A DNA stretch of 64,000 bases from Obrimoposthia wandeli (taxonomy: Eukaryota): NCBI GenBank assembly GCA_977020255.1, contig CDROCS010001209.1, forward strand, positions 62,001 through 126,000, given 5' to 3'. Position numbers and translations under genes: made by a program. Of this stretch, positions 54,623-64,000 are shown in pieces; within the stretch, counting starts at the first letter, position 1, and each line of letters starts with the position of its first letter. The notes under the pieces were generated by a model that saw only the letters and a list, made by a program, of their open reading frames with translations, did not search any database and was not told the origin of the DNA.

Positions 54623-54946
54623 ACATCAGTTGGTGGCAATAAGTTGCTTATAATCAATAAATCTGTTGATTGTTTGTATGATTGTAAGAGGCTGTTTATC
54701 TTTCAATATTGTCGCGGTAAGAATGATAAGTTTTAGGCTATGAACAAAAATAAGCTTTAGAGGGCTAAATCTTCTAAGTAATAGGTATGATGTTTTTTGA
54801 GCGATTATCAAGATTGGGTTAGAATTTCCATTCATTCAGGTAAATTTTAGGTAGTCTGATATAGTAGAGTCATATCGCACTTTTTATGGCAACGAACGTT
54901 GCTGCATCTTAATCTGAGTATTTAATGTTCAGAGACTAACTAAGCT

Positions 54947-56191
54947 ATGAAAGAGTTTTTTATGCTGCGTTTTGCTTTTTTATTTTTGGCTTTATTAGCC
55001 TTACCGGTGAAAGCCGCGACCGTTACCAATTTGTATCAAACTCAGGTTGTATTACCTGATACCGATAAGCAATCAGAGAAACAAGCACAAGCCCAAGGGT
55101 TAGAGCAGGTATTAATTAAAGTATCTGGTCAGAGTGAAATAGCTAATAATGACGTGATTCGTAAGGCGATGGCTAATAGCCGACCATACATCAGCCAATT
55201 TGGTTACGGTAATCTTAATGGTGAGCGTACATTAGAGCTGACGTTTAATGGTGGTCAAATCCGTGACCTATTAACCAAAGCTAACGCAACATTATGGAAT
55301 GAGCAACGGCCAACTATTTTGGTGTGGCTGGTTGAAGAGTCAAATCGTGAACGGGAGATTCTGTGGGATCAATCTGGCAATACTTTGCAGCCACAGATGA
55401 ATCTGGCAGCAGATAAACGTGGCTTGCCGATTATTATGCCGATTGGTGATTTTGATGATGTAACTGCATTAAGTGTTCCTGATTTATGGGGTGGTTTTGT
55501 TCAGCCAATTGCAGAAGCAAGTCAACGTTATAATCCTGATGCGGTACTTGTTGTGCGAGCACGTAAACAAGCGGGTGATAATGTCGACTTATCTTGGCAG
55601 CTATTCTCTCAAAAGCCCGATCAAATTGTGAATTCTCAAAAAGCACCCGCAGAAGGACGAACATCAGGCACGGTTGCTACAGCAACAACCGATATGATGA
55701 ATAAGGTAGCCGACAAACTCGCGGATAAATATGCCGTTCAACTCGGTGGTGCAAGTGATGGTGCGTTTGCTATTCAAGTCGCGAATGTAAAAACAACTGA
55801 AGACTTTTTTACGCTGGAAAGGATGCTGACAAATTTAACCTCTGTAGCCTCGGTTAATGCTAATCGGTTACAAGGTGATTCAGTGCAATTTGATGTGAAT
55901 TTATTGAGTAGTGAAGAGGCATTTCGTCGAGAGCTAGGTCAAGACTCACGCATTAGTCAGAAAGCGATAGATATACAGGATACGCGTGAATTTGAAGATA
56001 ATACTGCAACTGGTTTTATTGATCCTGTTGCCGCAGATATCGCTCAAAATAACATGCTAATAAAGCCTATCGATTCACAAGCATCAACTAATCAGCCAGC
56101 TCAGTTACCTGTTGATCCTAATGCGATTGATGTGAGTGCAACAATGCAGCCTGAACAGGCTCGAGTTGAAGTGTATTACTGGAAGTCTTAA
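54947..56191 (+). CDS. DUF2066 domain exported protein
   Basis: Signal peptide, 'GLEQVLIKVSG', 'W...RPTILVWL', 'RGLPIIMPIGD'. Confidence 0.8.
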   Translation: MKEFFMLRFAFLFLALLALPVKAATVTNLYQTQVVLPDTDKQSEKQAQAQGLEQVLIKVSGQSEIANNDVIRKAMANSRPYISQFGYGNLNGERTLELTFNGGQIRDLLTKANATLWNEQRPTILVWLVEESNREREILWDQSGNTLQPQMNLAADKRGLPIIMPIGDFDDVTALSVPDLWGGFVQPIAEASQRYNPDAVLVVRARKQAGDNVDLSWQLFSQKPDQIVNSQKAPAEGRTSGTVATATTDMMNKVADKLADKYAVQLGGASDGAFAIQVANVKTTEDFFTLERMLTNLTSVASVNANRLQGDSVQFDVNLLSSEEAFRRELGQDSRISQKAIDIQDTREFEDNTATGFIDPVAADIAQNNMLIKPIDSQASTNQPAQLPVDPNAIDVSATMQPEQARVEVYYWKS

Positions 56192-56253
56192 ACAGGCAAT
56201 ATTCCAGAATCTCTGAATACAAAAAAAGAAAGGCGCCATAATTGGCGCCTTTT

Positions 56254-56688
56254 TTATTTTGGTTCTTTGGGCTCGTGAGCCTCTTTTTCTTCTCTTTCGA
56301 CTTGAGATAAACGCTTTAGCTTAATGCCAAGCTCTTTCGCTCTAACACGTGCAAATAAAATATTGGCAACAAAAGCACTAGAGGTAATAACGAGCTCGAT
56401 CAAGGCTAACCAACGTTCGCCATCATCAACCCAAAAAATCGTTAATGCATGCAGAAAATAGAACATTAAAATAAAGTTCGCCCATGCATGCGTATACGGT
56501 TTACCTTCTAAAATACCTTTTAAAGGCAATAGCATTGGTATTATCCACATCACCGCAATAACGTAATTATTCAGGTGGGGATGAGGAGAAATCGTACTTT
56601 GCCATAGCCCAACCCATAAGATCAGGGAAAGATTCGCAATGAGTGCGAAATAGCGTAAATTTTTTGTGTTCGAGCTCATAGGCGTCAT
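56254..56688 (-). CDS. DUF2069 membrane protein
   Basis: 'PMLLPLKGIL.G.PYTHAWANFI..FYF'; follows wrbA. Confidence 0.8.
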   Translation of the reverse strand: MTPMSSNTKNLRYFALIANLSLILWVGLWQSTISPHPHLNNYVIAVMWIIPMLLPLKGILEGKPYTHAWANFILMFYFLHALTIFWVDDGERWLALIELVITSSAFVANILFARVRAKELGIKLKRLSQVEREEKEAHEPKEPK

Positions 56689-56731
56689 GGTGTTATCCCT
56701 TACAGAGGCTCAAGTGAGCACGATGAAATAG

Positions 56732-57666
<935 letters not shown>

Positions 57667-57817
57667 GAAAGGCTTCTCCTAAAATAACGTAGTGTTAAAT
57701 TAATCTATTGTTTTTAATGATGAGCTATTTTTGATGGTAAATTGTTAATTATGTTGCAGATCCATTGTAGAGGAACTGCAACATATAAAAAACGAAGGCT
57801 GTTGAATAATTTAACGG

Positions 57818-59275
57818 TTATTGCAGATTTGCAAAGCGCTCACGAGATAAACGAAGTTGATCGATACGGGCGTCGTAGCGTGCTTGGTCTAATGAATTGA
57901 TATCAGCAATTTGACTCGCTTGAATATAATTATTAATCGCTCTGTCCCATTGACCTCGTAGTGCCATTAACTCTGCGCGAGAGGCTAATTCCCCGTCTCG
58001 TTTCCCCGCTGCTGCATAGGCTTGCGCTAGTAAACTCCAACCATTGCTATCGTTAGGGTTGTCATAGGTATAGCGGGTAAGTATCGAAATACTACTCGCA
58101 TTTAAACCTGATTCTTGCAAAGCATGCGCTAAGTTTAAGCGTAGCACTTTGTTATTTGGGTTTTGTCGCAGCGCTTTTTCCAAGCGATTGACAGCAGAGT
58201 CATAGCGCTTTTGGAATAAATCTAGATCGGTTGCTGAATCAATGTAAAAACGATTGTTGGGCTCTGCCGCAATAAGAGGATCCAATAACGCGTGAGCTTG
58301 TTGGTATTTACCTGAATCCATGTAGACCAGCGCTTTACCATAATTAAGCGCTTGCTTCATTTGGGGAGACGCTTTTTTTATTTTTCGGTTAAACCAATCA
58401 AGTGCCGCTTCACTCTCAATACCAGCATAACGTGCCACAATGCGTGCACGCGTCAATTGGTAAGGTTCAGATAGCGGTAACCTTACATTCGGGTATTGAT
58501 TTGCACGGTTGCGTGTATCAGAAACACGAGCCTCTGGTAATGGGTGAGTTAATAACATTGCGGGTGGTTTACTGGCATAGCGATATTGATCAGCTAAGCG
58601 GCCGAAGAATCGTGGCATGGCTTTCACTTCAAACCCTGCTTTGGCTAAAGTGGCAATACCGATACGGTCAGCTTCTTTTTCATTACTACGGGTATAGTTG
58701 ATTTGCCCTTGCATTGATGCTGCCGTTGTAGCATGAATAGCTGCGATTCCGGCTTCAGGCGCCGCAATAGCAAGCATTAAAGAACCCACTAGTGCTGCCA
58801 TCGTAATGGGGGAGTTTTTAGCTTGATCTTCCATGCTTCGGGCTAGGTGGCGTTGCGTAACGTGTGCGATTTCGTGGGCAACAACCGAAGCCAGTTCGCT
58901 TTCTGATTGAGCGTATAAAAACAACCCACTATGAATCGCAACGTAGCCGCCAAAAAACGCGAACGCATTAATCTCACGATTTTGGATCATGAAGAAATTA
59001 AATGGTGTGCGTACACTGTCTGCATTAGCAACAAGACGAAGGCCTAAATCTTGTACATATTCCGATAATAAAGGGTCACTGATAACAGGTTGGCTAGCAC
59101 GTAACATACGCATGTATGCATCACCGTACTCCTGTCCTTTTTCTATTGTTAAGGTTGCAGCAGCTGTTGTCCCAATTTCTGGTAGACTATTGCTGTTGTT
59201 AGCACTCACAGTGAAACTAGAGCTTAATAAAGCACTGATTAATAGATAGGTTGGCACTTTTGCAAAACGAAACAT
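57818..59275 (-). CDS. bepA: Beta-barrel assembly-enhancing protease
   Basis: M48 'NAFAFFGG', HEIAH, 'THPLP', C-terminal TPR region. Confidence 0.95.
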   Translation of the reverse strand: MFRFAKVPTYLLISALLSSSFTVSANNSNSLPEIGTTAAATLTIEKGQEYGDAYMRMLRASQPVISDPLLSEYVQDLGLRLVANADSVRTPFNFFMIQNREINAFAFFGGYVAIHSGLFLYAQSESELASVVAHEIAHVTQRHLARSMEDQAKNSPITMAALVGSLMLAIAAPEAGIAAIHATTAASMQGQINYTRSNEKEADRIGIATLAKAGFEVKAMPRFFGRLADQYRYASKPPAMLLTHPLPEARVSDTRNRANQYPNVRLPLSEPYQLTRARIVARYAGIESEAALDWFNRKIKKASPQMKQALNYGKALVYMDSGKYQQAHALLDPLIAAEPNNRFYIDSATDLDLFQKRYDSAVNRLEKALRQNPNNKVLRLNLAHALQESGLNASSISILTRYTYDNPNDSNGWSLLAQAYAAAGKRDGELASRAELMALRGQWDRAINNYIQASQIADINSLDQARYDARIDQLRLSRERFANLQ

Positions 59276-59459
59276 GTTTATAATATTGCCGCCTCTGTGG
59301 AAGTTATCGACGCTAATTGGTGATATGCAATCATTGACTATATAACCAATTATTAGATATTTATGCTAATAAGACAACGAAACTTATGACGGGTTTCTTT
59401 TTTGTCGAACCGATGTCCTTTACAATACCCTGATGGATAATAATTGTCAGCATACCTGA

Positions 59460-59687
59460 ATGGATATTCAAACGCTTAATTTAGCTTCAGAACGTTGTCC
59501 TTTGGCGCTTTTATTAGCAAAAAGAGCAAGTAAAAATCTTCGTTCAAATCAGAGTATAGAAATGATTATCTCTGATGTTGGTGCGAGACAAGATATTTCC
59601 CGTTATCTTCGAAACAATGGATTTAATGTAAAGGTACAAGCCGATACTCCACAAGAGCTTGTCATTATCGCAACTAAAAGGCTGTGA
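59460..59687 (+). CDS. TusA/SirA-family sulfur-carrier-like protein
   Basis: 75 aa, 'LNLASERCPLALL' CPxP-like motif. Confidence 0.75.
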   Translation: MDIQTLNLASERCPLALLLAKRASKNLRSNQSIEMIISDVGARQDISRYLRNNGFNVKVQADTPQELVIIATKRL

Positions 59688-59696
59688 AAAATATTT

Positions 59697-60767
59697 ATGC
59701 TGGATATGCTAAACCGGTGGTACACGCGAAGATTCTCAGATCCTCATGCGGTGAGTTTGATCGCTATTTTGCTCGGTGGTTTTTTTACGATCTACTTTTT
59801 CGGTAATCTTATCGCACCACTATTAGTCGCTATTGTACTGGCGTATTTATTGGAATGGCCGGTCATGCGCCTAGGGCGTTTAGGTTTGCCCCGTACTGTT
59901 GCTGTCTTAGTGGTATTGCTTATTTTTGCTGGTTTAATGGTTATGGCCTTTTTTGGGTTAGTACCTACCATCTGGCATCAAGTGGGTAATTTTGCTGCTG
60001 ACGTACCAACAATGTTTAATGATTTACAGCATTACGTTTCTAGCTTACCTGAACGTTACCCTGACTTTGTTCAACCTCATCAAGCGATTACGTTTATGAC
60101 AACGTTTCGTGAAAAAGTGATGGGATTGGGCGAAAGTGTTGTTAAAGGGTCGCTGGCATCTTTAGTGAGTTTGGCAACGATAGCGGTTTATTTGATCTTA
60201 GTGCCGCTATTGGTCTTTTTCTTATTAAAAGATAAAGATGAAATGCTGGCGACAATGAGCGGTATCTTACCTAAAAACCGCCGTCTAACAAGCAAAGTCG
60301 GCGCAGAGATGAATGAACAAATTTCGAATTATATTCGAGGTAAAGTCACTGAAATCTTCATCATTGGTATTGCGAGTTATATTACTTTTGCCGTCATGGA
60401 CTTGCGTTACGCTGTTCTATTGAGTGTGCTTGTTGGGCTTTCTGTTCTTATTCCATACATTGGTGCGGCAGCGGTTACTGTACCTGTCGCGATGGTAGGT
60501 CTGTTCCAGTGGGGATTGACGCCTGATTTTTGGTGGTTGCTTGCAGCTTATGGTGTTATTCAAGCGCTTGATGGCAATGTGTTAGTGCCAGTCTTATTTT
60601 CTGAAGCGGTTAACTTACACCCTGTTGCTATTATTGTTGCAGTCTTGGTGTTTGGAGGGTTATGGGGCTTCTGGGGTGTTTTCTTCGCAATACCTTTGGC
60701 CACATTAGTGAAAGCGGTATGGGGAGCCTTACCTTCCTCAGAACCAGCCGATACGGTTAGTGAGTAA
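59697..60767 (+). CDS. perM: AI-2E family transporter (PerM-like)
   Basis: 'YIRGK', 'IPYIGA', 'QALDGNVLVP', 'LHPVAII', 'FFAIP'. Confidence 0.88.
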   Translation: MLDMLNRWYTRRFSDPHAVSLIAILLGGFFTIYFFGNLIAPLLVAIVLAYLLEWPVMRLGRLGLPRTVAVLVVLLIFAGLMVMAFFGLVPTIWHQVGNFAADVPTMFNDLQHYVSSLPERYPDFVQPHQAITFMTTFREKVMGLGESVVKGSLASLVSLATIAVYLILVPLLVFFLLKDKDEMLATMSGILPKNRRLTSKVGAEMNEQISNYIRGKVTEIFIIGIASYITFAVMDLRYAVLLSVLVGLSVLIPYIGAAAVTVPVAMVGLFQWGLTPDFWWLLAAYGVIQALDGNVLVPVLFSEAVNLHPVAIIVAVLVFGGLWGFWGVFFAIPLATLVKAVWGALPSSEPADTVSE

Positions 60768-60807
60768 TAGTATTAGCATGTAATAGATCATGTTAAATCT
60801 TACGCTG

Positions 60808-60835
60808 AAAAAAGGTCGCATTTGCGACCTTTTTT
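60808..60835. terminator. Bidirectional terminator perM/bcp
   Basis: AAAAAAGGTCGC-ATTT-GCGACCTTTTTT. Confidence 0.9.
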
Positions 60836-60857
60836 AGTTTCGCTAAGCTAAAGATGA

Positions 60858-61328
60858 TTACTCAGCATTGTTGAAATAATCTAATACCACTTCATGGTGA
60901 GTTTTCGTTTTAAACTTATTAAAAACATGTTCAATGGTGCCATTTTCATCGATTAAAAAGCTGATACGATGAAGCCCATCATATATTTTACCCATGAACT
61001 TCTTCTCACCCCAGACACCAAATTGCTCAGCAACCGCATGATCTTCATCTGAGAGTAATGTGAAATTGAGGCTATCGCGTTCAATGAATCTAGGCAGGCG
61101 TTTGACTGCATCGATGCTAATACCCAGTACAACCACATTTAATGAATCTAATTCAGCTTTACTGTCACGTAAACCGCAGGCTTGTACCGTGCACCCAGGC
61201 GTCATTGCTTTAGGATAAAAGTATGCTAATACTTTTTTACCCTTAAAATCAGCAAGGTTTGTGAGTTCATTATCTTGGTTTAGTAGAGAGAAGGCTGGCG
61301 CTGGTGTGCCAGCAGTCAAAGTCTTCAT
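60858..61328 (-). CDS. bcp: Thioredoxin-dependent peroxiredoxin
   Basis: 'YFYPKAMTPGCTVQAC', 'GVWGEKKFMGK'. Confidence 0.97.
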   Translation of the reverse strand: MKTLTAGTPAPAFSLLNQDNELTNLADFKGKKVLAYFYPKAMTPGCTVQACGLRDSKAELDSLNVVVLGISIDAVKRLPRFIERDSLNFTLLSDEDHAVAEQFGVWGEKKFMGKIYDGLHRISFLIDENGTIEHVFNKFKTKTHHEVVLDYFNNAE

Positions 61329-61392
61329 ATTGTATTTCCTTTTGAGCTTAATGACTTTTTATTAATAATTAGTTATTAGAATAGATTTGGGG

Positions 61393-61932
61393 CTAAGTAT
61401 TGTGACCGATAAAGTTAACGGTACCTTTTACCTGAAGGTTAAGACAAAGCGCTTCATATTCTTCTTGTAGCGTCATTAAGTTGCAGCCTTCAGGCAAGTT
61501 TGTACTGATCTGTAGAATAAAGTGATTGGCTGAATCATCACTTTCAGCTTCTACGGTGTGCGCACTGAGTGATGAAATATCAACTTTGCGAGTGGCAAAA
61601 AAGAGAGTGAATTGCTCTATTAAACCTGGCGTATCATCGGCTTCGATATGAAAATCAGCAGTATATGGGAAAAAACGCGTTAGGTGCTTGCTCGTTCTTT
61701 TCATTACGGTTATTAATTCTTGTTCTTGTGCTTTCAAGGGTAACGTTGATTCGACGCGAGATACGGCATTAGCGTTACCTGATAGCAACATAATGAGGGT
61801 GAATTCAGTACCAAATAAAGCAAGTCTACTATCCACAATATTGCAGCCACACTGTGTTACAAGATGGCTGATCTCATTTGAAATTCCAGGGCGATCCGTT
61901 CCAACGGCAGTAATAACTAGGTAATGTTCCAT
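61393..61932 (-). CDS. gcvR: Glycine cleavage regulator (tandem ACT)
   Basis: 'ITAVGTDRPGI', 'CNIVDSR'; between bcp and dapA; probable ATG 61932. Confidence 0.92.
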   Translation of the reverse strand: MEHYLVITAVGTDRPGISNEISHLVTQCGCNIVDSRLALFGTEFTLIMLLSGNANAVSRVESTLPLKAQEQELITVMKRTSKHLTRFFPYTADFHIEADDTPGLIEQFTLFFATRKVDISSLSAHTVEAESDDSANHFILQISTNLPEGCNLMTLQEEYEALCLNLQVKGTVNFIGHNT

Positions 61933-62187
61933 ATTTATACACATCGTATTGTGATCATCATTTTTATGGTATCACAGGAACGAAGGTGGGATTAATCGTA
62001 ATTCACAGAACCATTAAATGAGTGATATTTCCGGCAAGTTTCGTGTTCTACCTAAAAAGGTCTTTTTATCTAAGGGTGAATTCGCATAATTTCATAAGAC
62101 AGTGTCATTGTTCACTATTTTACCCACTATCGTGCTTGAGTTTATAGCCACTCAAAAGTACCATGAAGTCTTAACTAAAAAGGGGAG

Positions 62188-63075
62188 ATGGACATGTTTT
62201 CAGGAAGCATGGTAGCGCTAATAACACCATTAGGTGAGGCTGGAGAAGTAGATTACGTAAGTCTCGCTAATTTGGTTGAATATCATATTGCAGCAGGGAC
62301 TGATGCAATTGTTGCTGTAGGCACTTCTGGCGAGTCAGCTACTCTGACCGTTGATGAGCATGTGAAGGTTGTTTTAAAGACGTTAGAATATGCTAAAGGC
62401 CGAGTTCAAGTACTTGCAGGTACAGGAGCGAATGCAACGCATGAAGCCATCATTTTTAGTAAACTATTTTCCGGTACTGGTGTTGCAGGTTGTTTAACCG
62501 TCACACCGTATTACAATAAACCGACGCAAGAAGGTTTATACCAGCATTATAAAGCCATCGCAGAAGCCACCGATTTACCGCAACTTCTCTATAATGTACC
62601 TGGTCGCACAGCCGTGGACCTATTACCTGAAACAGTTGCTCGTCTTGCTAAATTCGAAAATATTGTTGGTATTAAAGATGCGACAGGTGATCTATCTCGA
62701 GTTAAAAAAACAAGGGAACTTTGTGGTGAAGACTTCATCCAACTAAGCGGTGATGATGCTACAGGTCTCGATTTTGTTGCTCAGGGTGGTCATGGTGTTA
62801 TTTCTGTAACTGCTAATATTGCAGCAGCAGATATGGCAACAATGTTTAAATTGGCATTAAGTGGCCAATTTGAAGCAGCGCAAGAGATTAATGCGCGCTT
62901 GATGCCGTTGCATAAAGACCTTTTTGTTGAATCGAATCCAATTCCGGTTAAATGGGCAGCTCATCAATTAGGTTTGATTGAGCATGGCTATTTGCGTTTA
63001 CCGTTAACTGAGTTAAGTGAATCAGCACGTCCAGTTGTTCTTCAGGCTTTGAAAGATGCCAATGTATTACTGTGA
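62188..63075 (+). CDS. dapA: 4-hydroxy-tetrahydrodipicolinate synthase
   Basis: 'GTSGES', 'PYYNKP', 'YNVPGRT', 'GIKDATG', 'NPIPVK'. Confidence 0.98.
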   Translation: MDMFSGSMVALITPLGEAGEVDYVSLANLVEYHIAAGTDAIVAVGTSGESATLTVDEHVKVVLKTLEYAKGRVQVLAGTGANATHEAIIFSKLFSGTGVAGCLTVTPYYNKPTQEGLYQHYKAIAEATDLPQLLYNVPGRTAVDLLPETVARLAKFENIVGIKDATGDLSRVKKTRELCGEDFIQLSGDDATGLDFVAQGGHGVISVTANIAAADMATMFKLALSGQFEAAQEINARLMPLHKDLFVESNPIPVKWAAHQLGLIEHGYLRLPLTELSESARPVVLQALKDANVLL

Positions 63076-63106
63076 TTTGCAAAAAGCGTAGGAGCTTAAG
63101 AGCTAG

Positions 63107-64000
63107 ATGAATTGTAATTACAGGCTTGTATTAACTACTGTTATGGTTGCCAGTTTGGCTGCTTGTTCAGGGGGGGCTGATCGCCGTCGCCAAGCGAATC
63201 AAGATTTTACTTATCTTGAGAGTAAGCCACTAGAAAGCTGGACGTTACCTGCAGGAGCCGAACCGTTTAGCACCGATGATTACGCAATTCAGAACAAAGC
63301 GTACCAGGGTGAGATTGGTTCAGGGGTTGATATTCGTCCTCCACAGCAGGTATTAGAGTTAATTCCTGGTGCACGTTCAGTGAAAGATGCGGAAGGTGTA
63401 ACATTGTTGCTCCCGAAAGCAGAAGATCTGCCTAAAGTTTGGTTATTTATTCAAGACATTATTGCAGAGCAAAATGTGGGAATTCGTAATCAAGCTGCAA
63501 ACTCAATTGAAACTGATTGGGTTACGTGGACTAATGAAGATGAAGATACTGAAATTGGTAGCCGTTATTTGATTGAGAAATCATCTGAGTCTAACCGTTA
63601 TCGCTTTAAAATCTCTTTGATTGATTGGCGCGAAGACGGGGTTGAAAAGCCAGTCTCTGTCGTTAATAAAGAGCGTTATAGTATTGCGATGTTGAATTTG
63701 GTGACTGCAAAGTACGATCAGAAAGTGCGTGAAGAAGCACGTTTACGCGCACAAGAGTTGGTTAAACAAATTCCAATATCAATGGGTAAAGACCGAAGTG
63801 GATTACCTGTAATTATTGCGCGTGCACCTTATGATGTATTCTGGGAGCGTCTACCATTGTTGGTGGGAAATCTTGGGTTTACTGTTGAAGGTCGTAACCG
63901 CTCTCAAGGTGTAGTTGAAGTTAAATTCCGCTCGCCTGATGATGCATTCTGGACTGAGCTTGGTACTAAACCCATTATGTTGGATGATAGTACTTATAAA
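63107..64000 (+). CDS. bamC: BAM lipoprotein BamC, 5' part (runs off window, so absent from the ORF track)
   Basis: Hand translation MNCNYRLVLTTVMVASLAAC|SGGADRRRQANQDFTYL, lipobox LAAC; 'IRPPQQVL'; downstream of dapA. Confidence 0.92.
   Translation, partial: MNCNYRLVLTTVMVASLAACSGGADRRRQANQDFTYLESKPLESWTLPAGAEPFSTDDYAIQNKAYQGEIGSGVDIRPPQQVLELIPGARSVKDAEGVTLLLPKAEDLPKVWLFIQDIIAEQNVGIRNQAANSIETDWVTWTNEDEDTEIGSRYLIEKSSESNRYRFKISLIDWREDGVEKPVSVVNKERYSIAMLNLVTAKYDQKVREEARLRAQELVKQIPISMGKDRSGLPVIIARAPYDVFWERLPLLVGNLGFTVEGRNRSQGVVEVKFRSPDDAFWTELGTKPIMLDDSTYK

Noticed and set aside
54888-54903. Palindrome GCAACG-AA-CGTTGC upstream of DUF2066
   Set aside because: Single short palindrome matching no consensus I can name; could be chance

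Overview
Core-genome segment of a Vibrionaceae chromosome; the 16S V1 region, Glu-Lys-Val spacer and gene order suggest Photobacterium, probably the P. phosphoreum group (inference). In order: bamA(3' end)-skp-lpxD-fabZ-lpxA-lpxB-rnhB-dnaE-accA-tilS; cytochrome c, NSS transporter, DUF4250, yaeP, a GGDEF cyclase and a patatin; proS-trmO; a 46-aa Zn-independent L36 paralogue (ykgO) missed by the ORF track; metQIN-gmhB; a five-gene Yej/Opp-like peptide ABC operon; an rRNA operon (16S-Glu-Lys-Val-23S-5S-Asp-Trp); yafD-mltD-gloB-yafS-rnhA-dnaQ-TIGR03503; a decayed IS4-family element; fadE, SulP, gmhA, yafJ, purN, purM, upp, uraA; DUF2066, DUF2069, wrbA, arsC, bepA, tusA-like, perM, bcp, gcvR, dapA and bamC(5' part). 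I found no CRISPR array, prophage, integron, toxin or defence island, and nothing I can defend as a new biological system. The best second-look items are: the orphan Zur-controlled L36 paralogue; a tRNA-Trp half-copy with a rewritten anticodon loop; an IS4 inserted into a terminator; the Yej-like ABC operon between gmhB and rrn; two MITE-like repeats; and many lesions at invariant rRNA positions, most likely unpolished long-read errors. All gene and family calls come from motif recognition, not database searches.
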